DNA from: Magnetovibrionaceae bacterium
GTDB lineage: Bacteria; Pseudomonadota; Alphaproteobacteria; Rhodospirillales; JBMYSY01
Assembly (NCBI GenBank): GCA_049603795.1
Contig: JBMYSY010000006.1
Location: 307-64,306 of the forward strand
Length of the DNA stretch: 64,000 nucleotides
Reading direction: 5' to 3'
A model generated the notes under the pieces. The model was given only the letters and a program-made list of their open reading frames with translations. It ran no database searches and was not told the origin of the DNA. Within the stretch, counting starts at the first letter, position 1; every line of letters begins with the position of its first letter. Positions 28,074 to 36,943 of the stretch are shown here, piece by piece. The position numbers and the translations under genes are program-made.

Positions 28074-28847
28074 ATGGAAGCAAGCCTTTTCGATCAGCAC
28101 GCGCAATTGGAAGACCGGCATTGGTGGTTTACCGCCAGGCGTTCGATTCTATCCGATATCGTGGCGCGCCTTGTGGCGGGTATTCGCACGCCCAAGGTCC
28201 TGGACGTCGGATGCGGTACCGGCGGCATGACAGCCTGGATCGGGCGGCGCTGGTCTTGCACGGGACTCGACGTGTCGGAACAGGCGATTTCGCGGGCAAG
28301 ATTGCTCTATCCCGAAGCGGACTTCATCCAAGGGCGGATGCCGGAGAGCGTCGAACACCTGGCGGGTGAGGCCGATGTCTTCATGCTGTTGGATGTTCTT
28401 GAACATATCGAGGATGACCGCGCCTTCCTGGCGGACCTGGTCGCGATCATGCCGACCGGCTCTCGCCTGTTGATCACGGTCCCGGCGGACCCGGCGCTCT
28501 GGTCAGAGCACGACGTGACCGCCGGCCATGTGCGGCGATATGTCGGATCTGAACTCAGCGCGCTTTTTCAGGGGCTGCCGCTTCGATGCGATCTGCAGAC
28601 GCCCTTTAACAGCCTTCTCTACCCCATCATCAAGTTCATCCGCCAGCGAGGCTGGAAAGTGGGACAGGACGGTTCGGATTTCAGCCTGCCATCCCCGCCG
28701 GTCAATGGCACACTCAGGATGCTGTTTGCTGCCGAAGGGTTCTTCATCCGTCGCGGGTTGAAGACGGGACGCCCGGCCTTTCCCGCAGGGGTCAGCCTGC
28801 TGGCCGTTTTGACCCGTCTGCCCGATCAAGCGGAAGCCTCGTCATGA
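28074..28847 (+). CDS. class I SAM-dependent methyltransferase
   Basis: HWWFTARR.., motif I VLDVGCGTGGM, ..DVFMLLDVLEHIEDD.. ATG at 28074. ATGA overlap with the GT2 gene. Confidence 0.8.
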   Translation: MEASLFDQHAQLEDRHWWFTARRSILSDIVARLVAGIRTPKVLDVGCGTGGMTAWIGRRWSCTGLDVSEQAISRARLLYPEADFIQGRMPESVEHLAGEADVFMLLDVLEHIEDDRAFLADLVAIMPTGSRLLITVPADPALWSEHDVTAGHVRRYVGSELSALFQGLPLRCDLQTPFNSLLYPIIKFIRQRGWKVGQDGSDFSLPSPPVNGTLRMLFAAEGFFIRRGLKTGRPAFPAGVSLLAVLTRLPDQAEASS

Positions 28848-29881
28848 CAAGCCCTGGCGCAAAGCCGGATGTGAAGGGGCCGGACATTCAGGGAAAGCAC
28901 ATTGTCGTGCTGACAGCGGTCTACAACGACTGGGAATCCCTGGCTTTGCTGCTGCCGGAGATCGATCACGCCTTTGCAGGGAGTGGTGCGAGAGTGGATG
29001 TGGTCGTTGTCGACGATGGTTCCGCAGAGCGGGGCGGGCGGGACAGCATCCCGGGACTGGAACTGGGCGAAATTCGCGATATCCACGAAATCGAATTGGC
29101 CTCCAACCAGGGAAATCAGCGCGCGCTTGCCATTGGCGTGGCGCATATCGCCGAAAACCTGCCTTGCGATTATCTTGTCGTGATGGATGCCGACCACGAG
29201 GACAAGCCCGAAGACATTCCGTCTCTGTTGAGTGAAACATTGAGCGAAGAACAACCCTGTATCATCTTCGCCGGACGGGGCAAGCGGACCGAGGGCCGCC
29301 TGTTCGCGGCTGGCTATTCGATCTTTCGCCTGCTTTACCGGGCCCTGACGGGCATTCGCATTCAGATGGGCAACTTTTCGGTTGTCCCCGGATCCATGGT
29401 GGCAAGGCTGGCCCATCAGGCACCCCTCTGGCACCACTATTCGTCTGCGATTCTCAGATCCAAATTGCCTTACCGGGTGGTTCCGAAGGCGCGGGGTACC
29501 CGCAGGCTTGGCCAGAGCGGCATGAACCCGTTGCGGCTGATCGTCCATGCCTTCAGCGGCCTGACGGTTTTCGCCGATATCGCGGCTGTCCGTCTGATCC
29601 TGACGTCCATCGTGCTTGCCGGCCTGGTGCTGACCGGCGCGATCGTCGTGGCGCTGTTGAAACTCGGTACCGATTTGCCGATTGTCGGCTGGACCTCGAT
29701 TTTCGCCGGGATCCTCTTGGTCATGGTGGCTCAGGCGCTGGCGGCTTCTCTCAACCTGTTGTTCATGGTGTTGTTCCTGAAAAGCCAGCCCGCGATGATT
29801 CCGGCGCATGACTACCGGCGTTTTATTCTGCGCGAGGCGTCGCTTCGCCCTCTGTCGGAGACTCCGCCGGAGCCCTCTTGA
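28844..29881 (+). CDS. family-2 glycosyltransferase, polyprenyl-phosphate sugar synthase type (GtrB/ArnC/DPM1-like)
   Basis: IVVLTAVYNDWESL..VVVVDDGS..LVVMDADHED (DxD). Two C-terminal TM helices, as in GtrB/ArnC. Confidence 0.75.
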   Translation: MTSPGAKPDVKGPDIQGKHIVVLTAVYNDWESLALLLPEIDHAFAGSGARVDVVVVDDGSAERGGRDSIPGLELGEIRDIHEIELASNQGNQRALAIGVAHIAENLPCDYLVVMDADHEDKPEDIPSLLSETLSEEQPCIIFAGRGKRTEGRLFAAGYSIFRLLYRALTGIRIQMGNFSVVPGSMVARLAHQAPLWHHYSSAILRSKLPYRVVPKARGTRRLGQSGMNPLRLIVHAFSGLTVFADIAAVRLILTSIVLAGLVLTGAIVVALLKLGTDLPIVGWTSIFAGILLVMVAQALAASLNLLFMVLFLKSQPAMIPAHDYRRFILREASLRPLSETPPEPS

Positions 29882-31526
29882 TGATCATGATCGTATCCAG
29901 CGCCTCGACCTCGTGGCCTTTGTAGCGGAAGGGGCGGGGGATGTCCTTCGGTTCCCGGCTGTAGGCCCTGTCCACGATGGCATAGCGCCAGGGGATGTCA
30001 TCGATCTGATGCCATTCCTGGTTCATGCGCACCGCATTTCGCCAGATGTTGAACATCTGGTCTTCGGGGAAGATGCGGTTGATCACGTCCCGGTAGGCTT
30101 TGACACTGGACAGTTCCACACTGTGCCGCGCGATAAAGGGTTTCGACGGGACTTTAAAGGCCCAGAGGCGGAGTTCCCCTTTTTCGATGGGTAGGGCGAA
30201 AACCTTCTCCACCTCGGCGACGCGCGAGCGCGCCCAATCCGCATGGTCATTGTGGGTGCGAACCGCTTCGAAGCCGGCCTGGGCCACAACCAGGAGGACC
30301 AGCGCGCAGGTGGCCCGCAGCAGGGTTTTGCCAACCAGTTGGCCAAGGGCCAGCAGCATGACAGGCCAGAGCGCCGAAATGGCGATCAGATAGTTGTTCC
30401 CCGGGTGTTTCAGGACCGCCAGCATGCCCAGCAGAATGCCGAGACCGGCGAACAACAAAAGGCAAACCGCCCTGGGGTCAGCCTCGGCCGCGCGTCGCTT
30501 TTCCGGGACCAGCAGGTTCAGGGCTACGACGATCAATGCGCCAAATCCAAGAACCCAGGATAACATGGCGAAGAAGTTGAGGTTGCGCCAGCCATTGAGG
30601 AAGGCCGTCCAGGCCTTGGCAAAATCCATAAATCCTTCCTCCCCGGCCCCTTGATAGCCCGTGTGACCGAAGAAGGAGAAATGGAACGACAGCATCCTGG
30701 GGATCTGATCCTGGCCCAGGAAAGCCATGCAGAAAATCAGGAAGACCAGCGCAAAACCGCCGATGAAGGCCAGGGCGGCGATGGCGGTCTGTTTCCAGCC
30801 GGGCCGTGCGAGGGCTGCCCAGAGCACTGAGGCGGCCCCCAGCGCCCCAGCCCAGGGAAGATAGTTCAGCTTGATCAGGTAGGCGAAGCAGGCAGCGCCC
30901 CCCACCAGACCGAAGCGGACAACCAGGGTCTTCCAGGCAACCTGTTCGGTCGTGAAGGAACGGTATCCGGCGGCAAACGACATCCAGGCGACGAGAACGG
31001 CAAAGGTCTCCGGCATCATCTGCTGAAGGCCCGCGTACCATAGATAGGCCTGGCTGAGCGGTGCCAGGGCGATTGCGCTGCGGACCATGACGTCCAGGCC
31101 CCGCGCCAGCCGCCAGAACAGTACGGCGGAAAGGAGGCCGATCAGCAAGGTCAAGGCATGGACAGTGGTCTGGAACGGCTCGGGGTTTTCGATGTGGGCG
31201 AGGAAAGCGGCCTCCGCGCCGGGGAAGGCGGGCAGCAGGCTGACGCGGTAGGCCAGCCAACTCGCGATCTGGTAGAACACGCCCGGGTGCATGTACTGGT
31301 GAAACCCGTGACGCCGTCCACCGCGTTCAAACAGCCACTGGTCCACATTCAGGCCGTGGCCAAGGGTATGGTAGGCGTATTCCTGGTTCGTGATCCAAAA
31401 AGGTAAGTAATTGAAAACGCAAGTATAAAGCCAAAAAACACACAGGGTTAGCAATAGGGTGGCCAGGATAGCCGCATTAAGGGGGGACCGGCTAAGGGCT
31501 TCACCCCTGGTATGATCGAAGGACAT
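29823..31526 (-). CDS. large polytopic membrane protein, possible GT-C-type glycosyltransferase
   Basis: At least 10 hydrophobic segments followed by a soluble domain of about 130 aa. Sits next to a polyprenyl-P GT2. ATG at 31526 (MSFDHTRG). The upstream 175 codons in the track are Arg/Pro-rich and overlap the divergent gene, so they were rejected. Confidence 0.45.
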   Translation of the reverse strand: MSFDHTRGEALSRSPLNAAILATLLLTLCVFWLYTCVFNYLPFWITNQEYAYHTLGHGLNVDQWLFERGGRRHGFHQYMHPGVFYQIASWLAYRVSLLPAFPGAEAAFLAHIENPEPFQTTVHALTLLIGLLSAVLFWRLARGLDVMVRSAIALAPLSQAYLWYAGLQQMMPETFAVLVAWMSFAAGYRSFTTEQVAWKTLVVRFGLVGGAACFAYLIKLNYLPWAGALGAASVLWAALARPGWKQTAIAALAFIGGFALVFLIFCMAFLGQDQIPRMLSFHFSFFGHTGYQGAGEEGFMDFAKAWTAFLNGWRNLNFFAMLSWVLGFGALIVVALNLLVPEKRRAAEADPRAVCLLLFAGLGILLGMLAVLKHPGNNYLIAISALWPVMLLALGQLVGKTLLRATCALVLLVVAQAGFEAVRTHNDHADWARSRVAEVEKVFALPIEKGELRLWAFKVPSKPFIARHSVELSSVKAYRDVINRIFPEDQMFNIWRNAVRMNQEWHQIDDIPWRYAIVDRAYSREPKDIPRPFRYKGHEVEALDTIMIIKRAPAESPTEGEATPRAE

Positions 31527-31709
31527 GATTTTTCGCTCTAGGAAGACGGCAACGCCGAGGCCGCGGAAGGTGGGCGTATAGTGACCATCGCACTGTAGGA
31601 AAGCAACACATCCACCTTGCCTGGGCTTCGCCGCCCGGCCTATCTTCTCGAGCCCATAGGTGCCATGGGGGGCACCGGGAGCCGGGCGTTCGGGTATTAA
31701 GGGTTTTCC

Positions 31710-32978
31710 ATGGCAGAACCGCAGGCGACACCGATCCCAGGCGGGAAATCGCCCGAGTTCGATCCACATCGGCGGGAAGGGCAGCGGCGGGGGTGGCTCC
31801 AGCTCTCGGGTTTGGGCCTTGCAGGCCTCGTCGCCGCCTTTTTGTTTTCGCTTCAGCTTTCCCGGACGGCGATTGATTTCGACCGACCGAGCCTCGGGGA
31901 AGATACCGGCTACGTCTATGGAACGGATGACCGGGATTGGCTGCATTGCGGTACAGCAAACCTGGAAATGCTGAGGCAGGCGCCCTGCCGGATGGCCATG
32001 GCGAGAGGGGCCGATCCGGCGGTGGTATGGCTGGCCGCGTCCCATCTTCATACCATCACCAAGATGGCTCCCGGCGAAAAGACGGCGGCTGGCCTGCTGG
32101 CGGAGCGGCTGTCCCGGCGAGGGGGCTACCTGGCGGCGTTCAGCATGGGGAATGCCAATTACCAGGAAATGCTGACCACATACCTGGCGGTCAGGAAGGA
32201 CGTTAAACCACAGCTTCTGATGGTCGGAGCGGTCTTGGATGACATGCGCGAGGATGGGCTCCGGAAGAATGCCCGGACCACGTTACTGGCGGATCATGAC
32301 GATCTTCCCGGCTCCGAACCCCTTCAAAGAATCATGGAACGGCTGGAAGGTCGGTACAGTTCCGCCGCGAACCCCGGTCCCGCAAATCAGCCGACCCGAA
32401 GCGATCCTGTTGAAGGCGAGAGTTATCTTCTCGCCGGTTGGCAGGACCGGACGGAACGTGCGATCAACGCCTGGCTGGAAGAAAACTGGTCGCTCTGGGG
32501 TTATCGCGATCAGGCGAGGGGGCGTCTTCGGCTTGCTTTGGCCGATCTGAGACACGACATCGGGGTCTTGCGCCATCGGTTGACGGGGGGGGCGGAGACG
32601 ATCCAGTCCACGGTTTTTCCGGCTGCGATCTATGCGGACAACCTGCTGGCTTTTAGGGCCCTGGCCGATTTGGTGGCAGCGGATGGCGGGAGGCTCTTGA
32701 CCTACATTGCCCCCCGGCCACCGGAAGGCCTGTTTCCCTATCTGCCGGACCAGTACAACCGGTTCAAAGCAGAGATGCGAGACATTACCGAGGGCGTTGG
32801 CGGGGTTTTCGTCAATCTTGAAGACAGCGTTGCCGAAGGGAACTGGAACGGTCGCGTCTATAATCAGTACGGCCAGTTCCGCCAGGATTATTTCCACTTC
32901 AGCGGCGACGGCCATGCGGCCCTTGCCGAAGATTTGGCAGCGCAGTTGACCGGCCTGCTTACCGGTGAGGAACGCTGA
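31710..32978 (+). CDS. membrane-anchored SGNH/DltD-AlgJ-like protein (partner of MBOAT)
   Basis: N-terminal TM LGLAGLVAAFLFSL. C-terminal YFHFSGDGHAALAEDLA resembles SGNH block V. Overlaps the MBOAT gene by 14 nt. Confidence 0.45.
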   Translation: MAEPQATPIPGGKSPEFDPHRREGQRRGWLQLSGLGLAGLVAAFLFSLQLSRTAIDFDRPSLGEDTGYVYGTDDRDWLHCGTANLEMLRQAPCRMAMARGADPAVVWLAASHLHTITKMAPGEKTAAGLLAERLSRRGGYLAAFSMGNANYQEMLTTYLAVRKDVKPQLLMVGAVLDDMREDGLRKNARTTLLADHDDLPGSEPLQRIMERLEGRYSSAANPGPANQPTRSDPVEGESYLLAGWQDRTERAINAWLEENWSLWGYRDQARGRLRLALADLRHDIGVLRHRLTGGAETIQSTVFPAAIYADNLLAFRALADLVAADGGRLLTYIAPRPPEGLFPYLPDQYNRFKAEMRDITEGVGGVFVNLEDSVAEGNWNGRVYNQYGQFRQDYFHFSGDGHAALAEDLAAQLTGLLTGEER

Positions 32979-34485
32979 GCCCGTGGTCTTCAACTCCGTT
33001 ACCTTCCTGATTTTCCTGAGCACTTTCGTCACGGCCTATTGGCTGTTGCCGGACCGGCCCAGACGGGCGCTGATTTTTCTCGGCAGCCTGACGTTCTATG
33101 GGTTCTGGCGGATCGATTTTTTGGTCGTGTTATTGTTGTCCTGCGCGGTGGATTTCATCGCGGCGCGCAGGATCGAGGCGGCGGACAATCAACGGCAGCG
33201 GTGCCTCTGGCTGGCCGGCAGCCTTTGCGTCAATCTGGGTCTGCTGGTCTTTTTCAAGTACGCCTATTTTCTGGCCGACAATGCCAACAGCATTGCGGGC
33301 CTGTTCGGGATGGGGGAGATCACCATCACCTGGCAGATCCCCCTGTTGCTCGGCATCAGCTTCTATACCTTCCAGTCGATCAGCTACACGATCGATGTCT
33401 ACAGGGGCCTGATCAAGGCGGAGCGGCGATTCATACCCTTCGCCAACTATGTGATCTTCTTTCCGCAGCTGGTCGCCGGGCCGATCCTGCGCTACCGGGA
33501 GGTGGCACCTCAGCTGAAAGATAGGCCTCCCTTCCAGCCAGATGAATTGGCCGAGGGGATCAAGCGGGTTCTGATCGGCCTGTTCTTGAAGGTGTGTTGT
33601 GCTGATGTGATCGCTCCCTTCGTCGATGCCGGCTATGCCGTCCCGGCGTCTTCGCTCAGCCCCATCGATGTCGTGGTTTTGGCCTGTCTGTTCGGTTTCC
33701 AGATCTACTTCGATTTCGCGGCCTACTCGCATATAGCCATTGGGACGGCGGGAATGATGGGCATCCGCTTTGTCGAGAACTTCAACTGGCCCTATCACGC
33801 TACCTCACCACGACAGTTCTGGCAGCGATGGCACATCAGTCTGTCCAGCTGGATCAGGGATTATGTCTATCTGCCGTTGACCGGCGGGCGGTTCGTAGAC
33901 CGTTCAACGGGAGGTATCGGGGAGGTGCTTCGCGATGATGCGAAGGAGAGCCTGGCCGTTGTGGCTTCCAGCTTTGATCGGGCCAAGGCGTTGGTCTTGA
34001 CCTGGCTGTTGATGGGCCTTTGGCATGGGGCGAACTGGACCTTCGTTCTCTGGGGTGCCTGGCATGCCATGACCATTTTGCTCTGGCGTCTGCTGCGCCT
34101 GCCGGAACAGCCGAAAGGGTTTGCTCTACCTCTCTGCTGGATGCTCACCTTCGGTGCCGCCATGATCGGCTGGCTTCCTTTCCGGGCGGCCTCTCTGGGG
34201 GATGCCTTGACCATGCTGACCACCTTGTTCTGGCCGGGGGCATGGGTGTCGGCGCTTACCGGCCAGTCTGCATTGCTGGCGCTCCCGCGCGAGAGTTACT
34301 GGGTCTTTATCCTGGTTCTGCCGGTGATGCTTTTAGCCAAACCCGCCTGGGGCCTGGCCAAAAATATCAGCGCAAAGCTTCCCATGGGCTATGCGCTGAT
34401 CGAGTTCATCGCCCTGGTCGGGCTGATGATCATGGTCTTCCTGTACCTCAGACCCTTGGACCTGTTTATCTACTTCCAGTTCTGA
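32965..34485 (+). CDS. MBOAT-family O-acyltransferase (AlgI/PatA/DltB-like)
   Basis: FNSVTFLIF.., ISFYTFQSISYTIDVYRG, FFPQLVAGPI, RQFWQRWHISLSSWIRDYVYLPL. Classic AlgI-type motifs including the conserved His. Confidence 0.88.
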   Translation: MRNAEPVVFNSVTFLIFLSTFVTAYWLLPDRPRRALIFLGSLTFYGFWRIDFLVVLLLSCAVDFIAARRIEAADNQRQRCLWLAGSLCVNLGLLVFFKYAYFLADNANSIAGLFGMGEITITWQIPLLLGISFYTFQSISYTIDVYRGLIKAERRFIPFANYVIFFPQLVAGPILRYREVAPQLKDRPPFQPDELAEGIKRVLIGLFLKVCCADVIAPFVDAGYAVPASSLSPIDVVVLACLFGFQIYFDFAAYSHIAIGTAGMMGIRFVENFNWPYHATSPRQFWQRWHISLSSWIRDYVYLPLTGGRFVDRSTGGIGEVLRDDAKESLAVVASSFDRAKALVLTWLLMGLWHGANWTFVLWGAWHAMTILLWRLLRLPEQPKGFALPLCWMLTFGAAMIGWLPFRAASLGDALTMLTTLFWPGAWVSALTGQSALLALPRESYWVFILVLPVMLLAKPAWGLAKNISAKLPMGYALIEFIALVGLMIMVFLYLRPLDLFIYFQF

Positions 34486-34498
34486 GGCAGGGGTTCCG

Positions 34499-34900
34499 TT
34501 ACAGACCCAGATCCATCAGTTTACGGATGTTGTCTTTGCTGGTGTCGGCGACGATGCGACCCAGCTCCGCATCGCCTCGCAGGACGATCAGCGTGGAGCG
34601 CCGTGGAATGTCGCGGGAGGTGCGGACCTCTGCCTTCTCGTAGGTATCCCAATCGACCCGAATAAAGGTCATGGCAGCGTCATAGGCCAGGTTTTCGGCG
34701 CGCAGTTCCGCGATGGTATTTTCCTGGGATCGGCAGGTGCCGCACCAGGAAGCCGCATAGTCAACGAACAGGGTCTTGCCTTCAGCCAGCAGTTCTTTGA
34801 TCAGGCCGGGCGAGTAATCCAGTGGCTTGTCTGCGGCGTGGACGGGCAGCGCCGCTGCGCTGAACAGCAAGACAAGGGCGATTGCCATTCTCTTCAACAT
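34499..34900 (-). CDS. secreted thioredoxin-fold protein
   Basis: Signal peptide ..LPVHAADK. WCGTC redox motif. Confidence 0.8.
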   Translation of the reverse strand: MLKRMAIALVLLFSAAALPVHAADKPLDYSPGLIKELLAEGKTLFVDYAASWCGTCRSQENTIAELRAENLAYDAAMTFIRVDWDTYEKAEVRTSRDIPRRSTLIVLRGDAELGRIVADTSKDNIRKLMDLGL

Positions 34901-35083
34901 GGGTAAGACCTTTCCCTCTTTCTTGAACCTGACCGAGGGGCGTGAATATCGATTTCACCCCTAAGCCTGTAGGGTTATACGCCCCCTCATCGAAAGGTGA
35001 AAGTTCTTATGATTGAAATGTTTTGATTCGTTTCCGCCTTTTGGGTGAGGTGGCTGTAAGCCCGTCGCCCCATCCGGAAGGCC

Positions 35084-36682
35084 TTACAAAACGACGGCAG
35101 CCCCATCGCTCCGGGGGTCGGTCGCAGCCTCGAAAACGCCTTGGGGGCCGACCCTGACCGCTCCGGCATGGCCCATGGTGCTGGTGAAGGGTTCCAGGAT
35201 TTCGACATCGTGCCCGGCGGTGGCGAGCGCCTCGATCAGGGCGGGATCAAAGCGGCTTTCGAGCTTCAGGGTCGTCGTCTCCTCACCCCAAGTTCGGCCT
35301 AAAAGCCAGCGCGGCGCGGTAATGGCTGTCTGCAGGGGCTGGCCGAAAATCGCATGGCGACTGAAGACGGCGGCCTGGCTTTGCGGTTGGCCTTCCCCAC
35401 CCATATTCCCATAGGCCAGCCAGGAGCCATCGGCGAGCTTTGCGAGGCCTGGGATCAATGTATGGAAAGGGCGCTTGCCGGGTTCCAGCGCGTTGGGGTG
35501 GGCGGGGGCGAGCGTAAAGCCAGCACCCCGGTTCTGGATCACCACCCCGGTTGCGGCCGGAACGCAGCCAGATCCGAATTCCCAATAGGTGCTCTGAATG
35601 AAACTGACCGTCCGGCCTTCGGCATCGGCGGCACCCATCCAGATGGTATCGCCCGGTTTGGTGTCCTGGGGCCAGGGCAGGGCGCGGGTCGGTTCGATCT
35701 TTGCCGCCAGCTGGTCCAGGATATCAGGGCTCAACCAGGTTTTCGGGTCCTGGGTCATCCAGGGGCCATCGGCGAGGTGGGCGTTGCGCAGGATAAAGGC
35801 CTGCTTGGTGGCCTCCACCAGTCCGTGGATATGGGCAAAGCTCTCGGCTTCCGTTATGCCGAGGCGCTCGAACAGGCCCAGGATCATGAGTGCGCTGACC
35901 CCCTGGGTCGGCGGCGTCATGGCGTAGAGAGATCCGCCGTAGGCTCGCAGCTTCAGCGGCTCGATCAGCCTGGCCTTCTGACCCTCGAAATCGCTGCGCC
36001 GGAGCGGGCTGCCAAGGTGCTCGAGTCCGCTGCCCAAGGCCTGGCCCAGGTCCCCGCGATAGAAACTGTCCAACCCATCCCGAATCAGGGCCTCCAGCGT
36101 GTCGGCCAGTTCTGGCTGACGGAAAACCTGTCCAACCTCCGTCGAGCCCTTGCCCAGATAGGTTGTGGCAAATCCCGGCTGGTCAGCCAGTTCCGCCCTT
36201 TTCGCTGCTGTCAACTCGGCCTGGCCCCGGGTAACGACAAAACCTTCCCGCGCGCGGCAGAGGGCATCGCCGAGCAAGACGTCCAGCGGCATTGTTCCTT
36301 CCCAGTGAGCAGCATGCGCAAGTGCTGCCTGCCAGCCGGAAATCGTACCGGGCACGGTCAATGCTGCCCTGGGGCCACGAGTCGGGATCACTCTGACGTC
36401 GGCGTAAGAATTCAGCGTCGCCAGGGCTGCTGCGGGTCCTGCCGCGTCGATCCCGATGGGCTCCTTGCCCGGCTCGGCGATCAGCCAGAAACCGTCGCCG
36501 CCAAGGCTGTTCATATGGGGGTAAACCACGGCGATGGTGGCCGCCATGGCGACCATGGCTTCCACCGCGTTGCCGCCCTCTTTGAGGATCTGAGCACCAG
36601 CCTCGGCTGCCAGGTGATGGGGGGCGGTGGTCGCGCCCTTCAGGCCACGTCTTGTGTAGAGCATCGACTCGTCTTTCGTCAT
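35084..36682 (-). CDS. ggt: gamma-glutamyltransferase family protein
   Basis: APHHLAAEAGAQILKEGGNAVEAMVA.., GDTIWMGAADAEGRTVSFIQSTYWEFGSG (autoprocessing Thr region), HTLIPG. Start ambiguous (36682 or 36664). Confidence 0.85.
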   Translation of the reverse strand: MTKDESMLYTRRGLKGATTAPHHLAAEAGAQILKEGGNAVEAMVAMAATIAVVYPHMNSLGGDGFWLIAEPGKEPIGIDAAGPAAALATLNSYADVRVIPTRGPRAALTVPGTISGWQAALAHAAHWEGTMPLDVLLGDALCRAREGFVVTRGQAELTAAKRAELADQPGFATTYLGKGSTEVGQVFRQPELADTLEALIRDGLDSFYRGDLGQALGSGLEHLGSPLRRSDFEGQKARLIEPLKLRAYGGSLYAMTPPTQGVSALMILGLFERLGITEAESFAHIHGLVEATKQAFILRNAHLADGPWMTQDPKTWLSPDILDQLAAKIEPTRALPWPQDTKPGDTIWMGAADAEGRTVSFIQSTYWEFGSGCVPAATGVVIQNRGAGFTLAPAHPNALEPGKRPFHTLIPGLAKLADGSWLAYGNMGGEGQPQSQAAVFSRHAIFGQPLQTAITAPRWLLGRTWGEETTTLKLESRFDPALIEALATAGHDVEILEPFTSTMGHAGAVRVGPQGVFEAATDPRSDGAAVVL

Positions 36683-36943
36683 TGTCGCGACCGGCCTGCC
36701 AGCCGATGGCCCAAGAAGCACCTTGCACGAGGTGGGGGCACAAGAAAATCAGAACAAGGTAAGCAGCCCGAAAAATGACAGAGGGTTTTCTGTCCCTCGG
36801 CCAGAGAACCATGGATCTACCTATGAGCGATTTTCACCAAAAGGTTGAGATGTTGCCCCTCGCAAAATATCCTGTTGGTAGAATTGACCATTTCACCGTT
36901 TTCTGGGATATACTTTCGTGTGCTTTTCGAAACCAGCTAGACG

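Noticed and set aside
31527-32051. 175-codon N-terminal extension of the large membrane protein ORF (track ORF 29823-32051). Analogous extensions occur at 27908-28075, 39249-39551, 50746-50853, 59787-60032 and 59921-60034.
   Set aside because: The extensions are Arg/Pro-rich and overlap divergent neighbouring genes or promoters. Internal ATG codons with Shine-Dalgarno-like sequences give N-termini that match the families, for example MKIAIPKERR for PntAA, MLHVNDL for ABC-F and MIVTTTD for YbjQ.
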